From a virus (Duplodnaviria; Caudoviricetes): a stretch of DNA of 64,000 nucleotides. The translations under genes and the position numbers were made by a program. Where the stretch lies: IMG/VR virus record IMGVR_UViG_2840054979_000001, positions 34,281 through 98,280 of that record; one strand, given 5' to 3'. A model generated the notes under the pieces. That model worked only from the letters and a program-made list of their open reading frames with translations, had not been told where the DNA came from and made no database searches. Of the stretch, positions 18,344 through 27,098 are shown piece by piece; position 1 is the stretch's first letter; each line of letters begins with the position of its first letter.

Positions 18344-18742
18344 TCCACCGTCAGCCTCGATCAGCCCGAACTCGACCTGTACTCGTCGGTCCGAGTCGAC
18401 GACCCCGCGACCTCTGAGGAAGCCGCCCACTTCGCCGCGCCCCGGGCCGGCACCCACCGCCTCCTGGCCCTGCAAGCCCTCGCCGACGCCGGCGAAGGCG
18501 GCCTCACCGACTTCGAACTCGAAGCCGCCACGCGCGTCAAGCAGACGTCGATCGGCAAGCGCCGCAAGGAGCTCGCCGACATGGGCTACGTCGTCCCGCG
18601 GCTCGACGAGCACGGCAAGCAACGTCGCCGCCCCGCCCCGTCGGGGACGCCGGCCGGCGTGTACATGATCACCCCGGGTGGCCGCAACGCGCTCGCCCAC
18701 GCGCTCGACTCCGGCTCGCTCGACAAGGCGAAGGCGTCATGA
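18341..18742 (+). CDS. winged-helix DNA-binding protein
   Basis: R..DPATS.EAA, GLTDFEL, KRRKEL..MG.V, typical of actinophage wHTH. Confidence 0.7.
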   Translation: MSTVSLDQPELDLYSSVRVDDPATSEEAAHFAAPRAGTHRLLALQALADAGEGGLTDFELEAATRVKQTSIGKRRKELADMGYVVPRLDEHGKQRRRPAPSGTPAGVYMITPGGRNALAHALDSGSLDKAKAS

Positions 18743-18984
18743 CTCTCGACCCCGCTCTCGACTCCGCACGCCGTCGCATCGACTGCCCGCTGGATCGGAT
18801 CGTTGCCGAGCTCGACGAGATGATCGACCTGTACGGAGAGCACGAAGCGTGCCGGGCCTGGCGCGAGGCCAGCGCCGAGCGCGCTGCGTCGTGCGAGCTC
18901 GCCCACTCGTTCGCCACGGCCGGTGACGCTCCCGACCCCGACCCGACCAGAGTGCACGGGTTTCCGAGGCCGGTGCTGTCGTGA
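18739..18984 (+). CDS. hypothetical protein
   Basis: ATGA coupling. Confidence 0.45.
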   Translation: MTLDPALDSARRRIDCPLDRIVAELDEMIDLYGEHEACRAWREASAERAASCELAHSFATAGDAPDPDPTRVHGFPRPVLS

Positions 18985-19220
18985 CGCTGGCTGTCTGGCT
19001 CCGCCAGTGCACCGGCGACCCGGAGCCGTCGACGATCCCGATCGAGTCTCTCAAGCCGGGCACCGAGCTCGTAGTCCACGGGCTGTTCGACCGTCTGACC
19101 ACGATTCGGTACCGGCGTCACGGCCGTTGCGCCGACGGGGGCCGGTGGGTGGCCGGCACCAACCGTTGGGGCCTCGTCACCGTCGTGCGAGCGAACGCCG
19201 TCGTGTCGGTGCGGCGATGA
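18981..19220 (+). CDS. hypothetical protein
   Basis: GTGA coupling. Confidence 0.45.
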   Translation: MTLAVWLRQCTGDPEPSTIPIESLKPGTELVVHGLFDRLTTIRYRRHGRCADGGRWVAGTNRWGLVTVVRANAVVSVRR

Positions 19221-19379
19221 TCGCCGTCCGGCTGCTGCTCGCCTGGAGCACGCTCTCGGTGATCGTGTTCGCCGGCGGTGGCATCTGGCACCGCCTGGGC
19301 CGCAGTCCCGTCGAATACTCGCCACGCATCGTAATGTGTAAGCCGTGTACGTTGCGTCGCCAGCCACGACAGGGTCGCG

Positions 19380-19793
19380 GTGATGTTCGCCGACGCCGGA
19401 GTGACCATTGCCATCATCAGTTCGATCACCGGCGTTCTGGTCGCCCTGTGCTCGGCGGCTGGGGTCGTGTACCAAGCGAAGCGGTCGTCCGACGCGAAGG
19501 AACGTGAAGCCGACGCCACACGCGCCGCCGCGGCCGCGCAGGAGAAGGCGTCCAACGTCGAAGTCGCCCAAGGCGTGCTCCGAGAGACGATCGAGTTCCA
19601 GAAACGTGAGCTCGCCGAGACCCGCGCCGAGCACGCCCGCGAGATCGAAGCGCTACGGGCTGAGCTTCGCCAGGTGCGCAGCGCCCAGGACGAATGCAAT
19701 AGGAACCACCGCGCGTGCATGGCACGCAACGAGACGCTGGAACGCGAGAAGCGAGACCTCGAACGGGAACTCGTGACGCTTCGTGGAAGGTAG
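19380..19793 (+). CDS. TM + coiled-coil protein
   Basis: N-terminal TM helix, long heptad region; class III motif upstream at 19326. Confidence 0.65.
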   Translation: MMFADAGVTIAIISSITGVLVALCSAAGVVYQAKRSSDAKEREADATRAAAAAQEKASNVEVAQGVLRETIEFQKRELAETRAEHAREIEALRAELRQVRSAQDECNRNHRACMARNETLEREKRDLERELVTLRGR

Positions 19794-19803
19794 GAGGCCA
19801 GTG

Positions 19804-20340
19804 ATGGACAAGGACCGGGAAGCTCGAGTCGACCAGGCGTACCGAGTGCTGGACGAGGCCGCCGAGGATCGGCTGATCACCGGCGAGATCCCGATCGTCG
19901 TGGTGAAGCACCCGTGGTGGGTGACGTTGAAAGGCCCGATGTACCTGCTCGGCCTCGCGATGGTGCTGTTCGCTGTGTCGATCACGACTCTCGCGTTCGC
20001 GACGCTGTCACGGACCGACGCGCAACGCGAGCAGGAAGCGATCGACGAATGCAACCGGCTCTGGTCGCAGCGGATCACGGAGGCGTCGTTCGGAAGTCGG
20101 CGCGCGTCGGCTGAATCGGACGTCGCCTTCAACGATGCTCTGCTGGTCGTGCTCGAGTCGGGCGATCTCGACGCCGTCGACACCACTGGGTTGGTCGAGT
20201 CGAACTCGAACACCGAGCAGGCGTTGGAGCGGGACGAGGCGACGATCCGGGATCGTGATGCGTGGGTGGCTGCGGGTCAGCCGATGCCGTGTCCGGTGGA
20301 GGCACCAGATCGTGACGCCGAGCCGGAGCAGGCAGGCTAA
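19804..20340 (+). CDS. single-TM membrane protein with 2 Cys
   Basis: AGGAGG SD; TM helix. Confidence 0.65.
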   Translation: MDKDREARVDQAYRVLDEAAEDRLITGEIPIVVVKHPWWVTLKGPMYLLGLAMVLFAVSITTLAFATLSRTDAQREQEAIDECNRLWSQRITEASFGSRRASAESDVAFNDALLVVLESGDLDAVDTTGLVESNSNTEQALERDEATIRDRDAWVAAGQPMPCPVEAPDRDAEPEQAG

Positions 20341-20343
20341 ATC

Positions 20344-20394
20344 TCGCCGCACACCTTGACTACTGTAGCCCTTCAGACTACAGTAGGTGTTGTG
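20344..20394 (+). promoter_or_regulatory. class I promoter/operator, leaderless
   Basis: TCGCCGCA-N4-TTGACT-N17-TACAGT-N7-GTG; perfect TACTGTAG-N9-CTACAGTA. Confidence 0.85.
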
Positions 20395-20652
20395 AACAAC
20401 ACCTATCGAGCCACCGTCTACCCGGCACCGCCAGAGTTGCGCGACCGACCGGGTATGACGCTCGCCCGCATCTTCGACAACGCCGCCGACGCCCTCGACT
20501 GGGTGTGCTCGAAGATCAGCCACGCCCGCGAGCGAGGCGACATCGAGGAACTCGCCGACAACGGCGACATCGACCACAACGGCGTCTGGATCAGCTGCTA
20601 CCGCAGCCGTGGAGGAAGCATCAAGATCGACGGCTACTCCCAGGTCGCCTGA
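20392..20652 (+). CDS. hypothetical early protein
   Basis: Leaderless GTG. Confidence 0.6.
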   Translation: MNNTYRATVYPAPPELRDRPGMTLARIFDNAADALDWVCSKISHARERGDIEELADNGDIDHNGVWISCYRSRGGSIKIDGYSQVA

Positions 20653-20669
20653 ACCAACCACCAACCACC

Positions 20670-20713
20670 GCTGCCGGAAGGGAAGCCGACAGCACACCGA
20701 AAGGAACCCGATG
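20670..20713 (+). promoter_or_regulatory. AGGGAAG-loop leader, copy 4
   Basis: GCTGCCGG-AAGGGAAG-CCGACAGC..GAAAGGAACCCG-ATG; preceded by a C/A tract. Confidence 0.85.
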
Positions 20714-21187
20714 ACCACCAGCCTCTACTGGCACGCGCCCGGCACCCGGGCGTTCATCCGCACCGCCCATTTCCCGTCGAGCACCTACGTCGGCGCCAGC
20801 CAGGCGTTCGCGTCGCTGTACCGGGAGATCGAACTCGACGACACCGACATCATCGCCGTCTTGGCCGGCGGCACGTTCGTCCGCACCGACACCGACCCGT
20901 ATGGCAACCGGATGGGCGACACGTACGTCTTCGAAGCACGGTTCTCACCGAACTGCCAGCACCTGTTCGAACGCGGCCCCGTCCGCAAAGACCCGGTGCC
21001 CGAAGGCACCCCAGCGCCCGCGTTGGTGTGGGCGTCCTATTGGCAGCCGTGGCGCTGGAAGCCGTTCACGCTCGACTGGACCTACCAGCAGGTTCGAGAC
21101 GCGGGTGCGGTCCCGTTCGGCGCGATGGACTACCACTGGCCGCTCGACGCCGAACAGCCCGTCTTCCCGGCGAAGGCAGTGCGGTGA
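20711..21187 (+). CDS. hypothetical protein
   Basis: Conserved leader and RBS. Confidence 0.7.
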   Translation: MTTSLYWHAPGTRAFIRTAHFPSSTYVGASQAFASLYREIELDDTDIIAVLAGGTFVRTDTDPYGNRMGDTYVFEARFSPNCQHLFERGPVRKDPVPEGTPAPALVWASYWQPWRWKPFTLDWTYQQVRDAGAVPFGAMDYHWPLDAEQPVFPAKAVR

Positions 21188-21648
21188 TGGGCGCGCTCAT
21201 CGGATTCCTGCGTGCCGCCGACATCGGCGACTGCACCAACGGCGGCACGTCAGGCCGGCACGTCCGCTGTGTCGTCGTCAACGTGCCCGGCCCGTTCGAC
21301 CCGTCGCCGGATTCGCCGGCAATGATGCTCGTCCCCGGCGCCTACGGTGCCCCGATCCTCGTCGACGCCGTCCGCGACGGCAACGGCGGATGGAAGCCCG
21401 CTGAATCCGGGCCGGACGGCAAGACGATCGGCCCGATGGCCGGCGGCAATTACGCCGCGACGCACGGCTCGTGGCGCGACATCGTCGCCGACATGACCGC
21501 CACCGCGATGTTCGACCGGAACTACGGCCGCGGCCCCGACCTCGACCTCGAGGGCCTGCGCCGCCTCGCCCGCGACTGCGCACCGCACGCCGTCGCCGTC
21601 CACGACCGATGGGAAACCCCAGCCCAGTACGACCAGCTGTCCCGATGA
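21187..21648 (+). CDS. conserved phage hypothetical protein
   Basis: DCTNGG...GPF.P...GPMAGGNY...HDR.ET pattern. Confidence 0.7.
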   Translation: MGALIGFLRAADIGDCTNGGTSGRHVRCVVVNVPGPFDPSPDSPAMMLVPGAYGAPILVDAVRDGNGGWKPAESGPDGKTIGPMAGGNYAATHGSWRDIVADMTATAMFDRNYGRGPDLDLEGLRRLARDCAPHAVAVHDRWETPAQYDQLSR

Positions 21649-21692
21649 AAGCCTCCCAGGGCCGTGTCGCCGCCATCGCTACAGTTATCCGC

Positions 21693-22097
21693 ATGGCGAA
21701 GGCAGACCCCGTCGGAGCGATCGAAATCGCCCACCGACTCGACGTCACCCCGAAGACCGTGCAGACCTGGCGGTTCCGACGCGCCCTGCCGCCGGCCGAC
21801 TACCAGGTGAACGGGGCCGACGCCTGGGACTGGATGACGATCCTGCGTTGGGCCGGCCAGACCGGCCGTCTCCGCACCGAAGCCATGGCCGCCGCGTACA
21901 AGGCGAAGTTCCGCAAGGACCCGGCCCCGCCGAACGAAGGCGGCGCCGGCACGTGGAAGACACCGGCGAAACAAGTCGCCGCGCAACGCGCCGCCCGCCG
22001 AACCGCGACGAAGCCACCGTCGACGAAGTCCGTCAAGAAGAAGCCCGCCCGCAAGACCGCCGCCAAGAAGGCGGCAGCCGCCGGGAAGCCGAACTGA
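21693..22097 (+). CDS. AlpA/excisionase-like HTH protein with Lys/Ala-rich histone-H1-like tail
   Basis: VGAIEIAHRLDVTPKTVQTWR..LPPAD..AWDW; KKKPARKTAAKKAAAAGK; alternative start 21645. Confidence 0.7.
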   Translation: MAKADPVGAIEIAHRLDVTPKTVQTWRFRRALPPADYQVNGADAWDWMTILRWAGQTGRLRTEAMAAAYKAKFRKDPAPPNEGGAGTWKTPAKQVAAQRAARRTATKPPSTKSVKKKPARKTAAKKAAAAGKPN

Positions 22098-22303
22098 TGG
22101 GCTCCGACCGCTTCGACTGGGAGACCTACGTCATCGGCGAGGTGATCGACCCCGAGCTCGAGGAACGCCTCGACAGCATCGCGCTCAAACGTGCCGAGTT
22201 CGACCTCGCCCTCGAGCGATTCGACGCCGTCGCCGGGAGCGCCGCTGACGCTCTGAACGAGTTCGCCGCCGCCTGGAACGACTGGGGCCCCGTCGTCAAC
22301 TAG
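22097..22303 (+). CDS. hypothetical protein
   Basis: TGATG coupling. Confidence 0.5.
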   Translation: MGSDRFDWETYVIGEVIDPELEERLDSIALKRAEFDLALERFDAVAGSAADALNEFAAAWNDWGPVVN

Positions 22304-22321
22304 CCGCTCTCCGCACATCAC

Positions 22322-22366
22322 GTCGGGGAGGGAAGCCCCGACACCATCTGAAAGGAATCCGAAATG
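22322..22366 (+). promoter_or_regulatory. AGGGAAG-loop leader, copy 5
   Basis: GTCGGGG-AGGGAAG-CCCCGAC..GAAAGGAATCC..ATG. Confidence 0.85.
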
Positions 22367-23554
22367 CCAATCCAGCTGAACCCCCGTCTCCTGTCGTGGG
22401 CGCCCGACCTCGAAGACTCCGCCCGCGACCAGGCTGTCAACACGTCGAAGCTGCCGTTCCTCGCGGGCCACGTCGCGTTGATGCCCGACGCCCACTGGGG
22501 GATGGGTGCCACCGTCGGCTCCGTCATCCCGACCGAGGGTGCGATCGTGCCGGCTGCGGTCGGTGTCGACATCGGCTGCGGCATGATCGCCGCGCGCACC
22601 GACCTCACCTCGCACGATCTGCCCGACGATCTCGATCGGCTGCACGCCATGATCGGCGAAGGGATCCCGCACGGTGCCGGCCAGCAGCACGACGACGGTC
22701 GCTCCATCCCGCCGACCAACGGCGCGTCGGTCGCTCTCACGCATCGCCTGTTCGACAAGGCGCAGCATCAGATGGGCACGCTCGGTGGCGGCAACCACTT
22801 CGTCGAGGTGTGCTTGGACGAGCTCGACCGGGTGTGGATCGTCCTGCACTCCGGTAGCCGCGGCGTCGGCAAAGAACTCGCCGAGGTCCACATCGACAAG
22901 GCGAAGGGCCTGATGAAGTCGTACTTCATCGACCTGCCCGACCCCGACCTCGCCTACCTGGCCGAAGGGACGCCGGAGTTCGCCGACTACATCGGCGACA
23001 TGCTGTGGGCCCAGCGGTACGCGATGCGGAACCGCGAGCAGATGCTGATGGCCGCGCACGAAGCATTCGACGACTTCCTCGGCCGTGGCGTCGTGATCGA
23101 GGACGTCATCAACTGCCACCACAACTTCACCGAACGCGAGCACCACCGCGGCCGGAACGTGTGGCTGACCCGCAAGGGAGCGATCCGGGCCCGGACGGGT
23201 GACCGTGGTGTGATCCCCGGCTCGATGGGCGCGGCTTCGTACATCGTGTCCGGTCTCGGCAACCCGGCCAGCTACGACTCGTGCTCTCACGGCGCCGGGC
23301 GTCGCATGTCGCGGGCGAAGGCGTTCGCGACGTTCACGGCCGACTCGTTGATCGAAGCGATGGCCGGCAAGGCGTGGAACGGCGCCGGCGAGGCCGCGGA
23401 CCTGGTCGACGAGCATCCCGGCTCGTACAAGGACATCGACGAGGTGATGGCGAACCAGGCCGACCTCGTCACCGTCGAGCACACGCTGCACCAGATCCTG
23501 AACTTGAAGGGCAAGGACGACCGCAACCGGCGTCGCCGCAAGGGTCGCCGCTGA
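22364..23554 (+). CDS. rtcB: RtcB RNA-splicing/repair ligase
   Basis: MPDAH.G.G, VGVDIGCG, GTLGGGNHF, HSGSRG, HHN, RKGA, IPGSMG, SHGAGR, YKDI. Confidence 0.97.
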   Translation: MPIQLNPRLLSWAPDLEDSARDQAVNTSKLPFLAGHVALMPDAHWGMGATVGSVIPTEGAIVPAAVGVDIGCGMIAARTDLTSHDLPDDLDRLHAMIGEGIPHGAGQQHDDGRSIPPTNGASVALTHRLFDKAQHQMGTLGGGNHFVEVCLDELDRVWIVLHSGSRGVGKELAEVHIDKAKGLMKSYFIDLPDPDLAYLAEGTPEFADYIGDMLWAQRYAMRNREQMLMAAHEAFDDFLGRGVVIEDVINCHHNFTEREHHRGRNVWLTRKGAIRARTGDRGVIPGSMGAASYIVSGLGNPASYDSCSHGAGRRMSRAKAFATFTADSLIEAMAGKAWNGAGEAADLVDEHPGSYKDIDEVMANQADLVTVEHTLHQILNLKGKDDRNRRRRKGRR

Positions 23555-23796
23555 TGTGCGCAACGATCGCCCTGCCGGATGGCCGGTGGCTGCACTCCCC
23601 CAGGGAGCTCGCAGCCGCCGGCCTACCCCTCTCCGACGCCGCTCTCGTCGAGCTCGCCGACGAGCTCGACGGGATGCCCGTCGAGCCGCTGGACGTGTGC
23701 CTATGCCTCGTTGACGTCCCAGCCCTGCTCGGAGGGCACGGCGTCGGCTGGTCCGACGACGACGGCCTCTACATGGTTCGGCAGGTGCCGTTGTGA
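23554..23796 (+). CDS. hypothetical protein
   Basis: TGATG coupling. Confidence 0.5.
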   Translation: MCATIALPDGRWLHSPRELAAAGLPLSDAALVELADELDGMPVEPLDVCLCLVDVPALLGGHGVGWSDDDGLYMVRQVPL

Positions 23797-24083
23797 TCTG
23801 CAGCTGCAAGGGTCTCGAACTCTCTGACGGGACGATTGCCACGATCCGCCGCAAGGACTGCGTGATTCACGGGCTCGGCCTGCTCGCCGTGCCCGGCGTG
23901 AGTAGCGCTCTCGCCGACGTGGCCCGAAAGGTCGGCGAGTCGGTGGGTGCGTCGATCGGCGCCGCGCTGGCCGCAGCCGGGCTCGCGGTCGTCGAGCCGT
24001 ACCGGCAAGCGATCGCCGAAGCACACAAGGCCGAAGAGGCCGCCGTCCGCGCGGCCGTACTGGAAGGAGCCAAACATGAGTGA
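23793..24083 (+). CDS. hypothetical protein
   Basis: GTGA coupling. Confidence 0.45.
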   Translation: MICSCKGLELSDGTIATIRRKDCVIHGLGLLAVPGVSSALADVARKVGESVGASIGAALAAAGLAVVEPYRQAIAEAHKAEEAAVRAAVLEGAKHE

Positions 24084-24459
24084 CGTCCCCGCGGGCTGCT
24101 GGCCTGTCGAGTTCCCGATCGTTGCCCGGATCGGCACCCCGACGGTCGACAACCGGCTGGTGACCGTTCCGCCGATCGTCGACGTGCCTGTTCCGATCCT
24201 GCACGGGACCGAGCAGGTCGGTGTCATCACCGCGGTGGCGGCCATGCCCGACGGGCTCGCCGCGATTCGCTGGTTCACGACCCCGGCCTGGGACGGCCTC
24301 GTCCCGTGTCTCGATGCCGAGGGCGGTGAATGGGTGATCGTCGGAGACATGCACGAGTTGCGCGGCGACTGGCGGCTCGCCGCGGTCACGATGTGTCCTG
24401 TAGCAGAGGCGCCGTGGCCCGACCTCGACGTGATCGTCGGCGACCAGGTGCCAGCGTGA
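24076..24459 (+). CDS. hypothetical protein
   Basis: AAGGAG SD. Confidence 0.55.
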   Translation: MSDVPAGCWPVEFPIVARIGTPTVDNRLVTVPPIVDVPVPILHGTEQVGVITAVAAMPDGLAAIRWFTTPAWDGLVPCLDAEGGEWVIVGDMHELRGDWRLAAVTMCPVAEAPWPDLDVIVGDQVPA

Positions 24460-24601
24460 GCGATCAAGGCGAGCCGACCAAGGTGACCATCGTCATCCAC
24501 GCACCGCCCCAGCCGAACCTGGATCCGTGCGCACGGGGGGCCCACGCCTGGGCGTGGCTCACCGCCGGCGGCCAGCAGTGCGCGGCGTGCGGAGCCAGGC
24601 G

Positions 24602-25069
24602 ATGATCGTCGAGACCACGCTCGTCAACGGTCACGGGTTGTTCAACGTCCGGCCGATCGCCCCCGACGGCATCGAACTTCCTGCAGCGTTGTACTCGACG
24701 GCCGCGCTGCAGCTGGGCCACATGCGGGAGCGTGACTGCACGCCGTGGCGGTTCGAGATCCGCTTCTCGCTGGCGATGGTCCGCTGGCTCGGCCCGGCCG
24801 GGCTGGCCGCGCTCGCGCGGATCGACGCGTTCGACGACGTCCCGGTGATCCGACCGGAAGAGCCGTTCGCTCCGTGGGTCGAGCCGGCCTCGATCAACGA
24901 CTGGTTCGAAGCTGTGGCACTCCGCCTCGTCGCCTCCACGGTCCCGGTCCCCGAGTCGCACCACGCCCGCAACCTGGAGGTGATCGGGCATGAGCTCGGC
25001 ATCCACGCCGTCGCCTGGGAGCATGTCATCACCCGCCGTCACCTCGAAACGTCAGGATGGACCCGATGA
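24602..25069 (+). CDS. hypothetical protein
   Basis: ATGA coupling. Confidence 0.5.
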   Translation: MIVETTLVNGHGLFNVRPIAPDGIELPAALYSTAALQLGHMRERDCTPWRFEIRFSLAMVRWLGPAGLAALARIDAFDDVPVIRPEEPFAPWVEPASINDWFEAVALRLVASTVPVPESHHARNLEVIGHELGIHAVAWEHVITRRHLETSGWTR

Positions 25070-25461
25070 CCTACGAGATGTTTGAAGCGGCCGAGGCATT
25101 CCGGTTCCCCGACGTCGAAGCCCAGCAACGCGTCGTCGACGAACTGCGCGCCAGCCTGGCTGCCGCTGTCGGCGACGTCGCCGGCAAGCTGATGCTCGAG
25201 CTCGGCGTCCGAGCCCGAGCCGCCCACGTAGCGGCGGCCCATCTCGTCCCGCACGCCGTTGCGCGCGACCGCATGGACGCCTGCCGTGTCGCCATCAGCT
25301 TCGTGGCCGTCGACGATCGAGAGCTCGCCGAACGGTATCTGCAGTGGTGTTCGTCGGGCCGGCTCGACGCCACCCGGCCAGCAAGAATGTTGATCGACCG
25401 GTCGAAGCTGCCACCGCATCTGCGCGCCCGCCTCGACAGCCACCCGTCCGCCGACGGCTGA
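25057..25461 (+). CDS. hypothetical protein
   Basis: Operon context; start may be 25066. Confidence 0.5.
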   Translation: MDPMTYEMFEAAEAFRFPDVEAQQRVVDELRASLAAAVGDVAGKLMLELGVRARAAHVAAAHLVPHAVARDRMDACRVAISFVAVDDRELAERYLQWCSSGRLDATRPARMLIDRSKLPPHLRARLDSHPSADG

Positions 25462-25482
25462 TCAGGGAGTACCGTCGCCGAT

Positions 25483-25731
25483 ATGGCGAAGGTGCATTGG
25501 CGGCCCGAGGCCGCCGACGATTTGGACGGCGCGACGGTGTTCGTCCACGCCGGCTTCCCGGACGTGCGCATCCAGCCTGGTGAGCACACGGACGCTGCCG
25601 GTGGAGTGTGGCCGCACGGCGTGCAGGTGACGGTCCGCGATGACGAGCACGGCTGGCTGCCGGTAGACAGCGGCTCGTTCTTCTGGGTCCACGAGGCCGA
25701 GGCGTGGGCGGAGAGAGAACTGGCACCCTGA
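25483..25731 (+). CDS. hypothetical protein
   Basis: GGGAG SD; followed by hairpin. Confidence 0.5.
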   Translation: MAKVHWRPEAADDLDGATVFVHAGFPDVRIQPGEHTDAAGGVWPHGVQVTVRDDEHGWLPVDSGSFFWVHEAEAWAERELAP

Positions 25732-25749
25732 CCGCATAGGGTTTGAGGG

Positions 25750-25789
25750 GCCGGCGGGGCTGGTTTGCCCACACCACGGCCCCGCCGGC
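25750..25789 (+). terminator. GC-rich hairpin after operon
   Basis: GCCGGCGGGGC / GCCCCGCCGGC. Confidence 0.5.
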
Positions 25790-25982
25790 ACTGTGACCAG
25801 GGCGATCATCGATTCTGTCGCCACGATCCAGAGGCCGAAAACACTGGTCCAGTGGCTGGTCTAGCCTTTCGTCGCCGGCGGGGAGTACGCCACAACGTCA
25901 CCCTGCCGGCACCATCTCGATGAGCGCGTAATCTAGGCGGCAACAGCTGTCGGCCATTCCACCACCGGGCTGACGGCGGCCA

Positions 25983-26016
25983 GCCGGCAGGGCCGAGGAC
26001 CAACGGCCCTGCCGGC
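25983..26016. terminator. 13-bp perfect hairpin
   Basis: GCCGGCAGGGCCG / CGGCCCTGCCGGC. Confidence 0.5.
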
Positions 26017-26024
26017 GCTCGCGA

Positions 26025-26055
26025 TGTCACCCCAGCGGCGCACGATCGACCGATG
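26025..26055 (+). promoter_or_regulatory. class II box promoter, leaderless
   Basis: TGTCACCCC-N7-CACGAT-N6-ATG. Confidence 0.65.
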
Positions 26056-26715
26056 AGCGACACCCGCTACGGTCAACCCCCTGTCGACGTCGGCCCCGTC
26101 GCAGTCGAGTTCGTCGAGCTCATGCACTGGATGTATTTACCGGTGAAGATGGCCGGCACATACGGGTTCAGGTATCCCGACAACGTCCGGTTCCTCGAGC
26201 CCCTCGTCGACGCCGCCACCCACGATTTCTTCGGCTGCTACGACGATGGCGGGTTGCGAGCGGTGCGCGACCATTACGTCTACCTGACCTGCCGGCGCGG
26301 TTGGGCGACACCGGACAACCCGATCAACCGACCGGGCTGGCACACCGACGGGTTCGGCACCGACGACATCAACTACGTGTGGTGCGACCGGTGGGGCACC
26401 CGCTGGGCCGTCCACGACTTCGACGACATCTCCGGCGACCACATCGAGTCGATGCACCAGTTCGAGACCCAGGCCCGAACAACCGGCGCCGCCGAACCCG
26501 GCCGCCTGTACCGCCTCGACCAGTACGTCGTCCACGCAACGCCGATCATTCCCGACGACGGCGGCTGGCGGTCGTTCGTGAAGGTGTCGTTCTCGACGGC
26601 CCGCTACGATCTGGCCGGCAACAGCCACAACCACCTGTTCGACTACGACTGGACGATGCGGGACCGCGACGACGTCCGCAACGACCCGTGGACGGCGGGG
26701 AAGGACCACTCGTGA
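26053..26715 (+). CDS. putative Fe(II)/2-oxoglutarate dioxygenase-like phage protein
   Basis: NRPGWHTDGF (HxD), distal VVH, downstream RSFVKVS. Confidence 0.6.
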   Translation: MSDTRYGQPPVDVGPVAVEFVELMHWMYLPVKMAGTYGFRYPDNVRFLEPLVDAATHDFFGCYDDGGLRAVRDHYVYLTCRRGWATPDNPINRPGWHTDGFGTDDINYVWCDRWGTRWAVHDFDDISGDHIESMHQFETQARTTGAAEPGRLYRLDQYVVHATPIIPDDGGWRSFVKVSFSTARYDLAGNSHNHLFDYDWTMRDRDDVRNDPWTAGKDHS

Positions 26716-27056
26716 AGCTGCGAGACCTCGTCACCGTCGGGTTCGCCGCGCACCGAGCCGCCCGCGCCGTCGCCACCGATTCGATCACGAAGCCGTTGCG
26801 TGACCGGCTGGAGGTGTGGTCGATCGACATCGAAGCGTCCGACGCCCAGGTGGCGCGCCGCGAGAAGCTGGTGCAGCTTGTGCGATGCCAGTACTGCTGC
26901 GGGTTCTGGCTGGCGCTCGTCACGTTCGCCGCGCTGGTCGCCGCACGCCGCAAGGGCTGGTGGCTGCTCGAGCGGTGCATCGACGGTTGGGCCGGCGCCG
27001 GCGTGCAGTCGACGATCACGTCGTTCCGCCAGATGATCGACGACCACACCGATTGA
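26712..27056 (+). CDS. DUF1360-like membrane protein
   Basis: R..R.V..DSITKPLR...LV.C.YC.GFW; sits just before the portal. Confidence 0.7.
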   Translation: MKLRDLVTVGFAAHRAARAVATDSITKPLRDRLEVWSIDIEASDAQVARREKLVQLVRCQYCCGFWLALVTFAALVAARRKGWWLLERCIDGWAGAGVQSTITSFRQMIDDHTD

Positions 27057-27098
27057 ATACCTCTGGAACATGATGATGCGCGCCTAGTCTGTGAGGCT

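Noticed and set aside
25760-25772. Minus-strand GGGCAAACC resembling a c-di-GMP-I riboswitch
   Set aside because: No GNRA tetraloop stem or second stem follows; it is part of a terminator-like hairpin.
25829-25845. GAGGCCGAAA resembling a hammerhead core
   Set aside because: No CUGANGA element in the right position.
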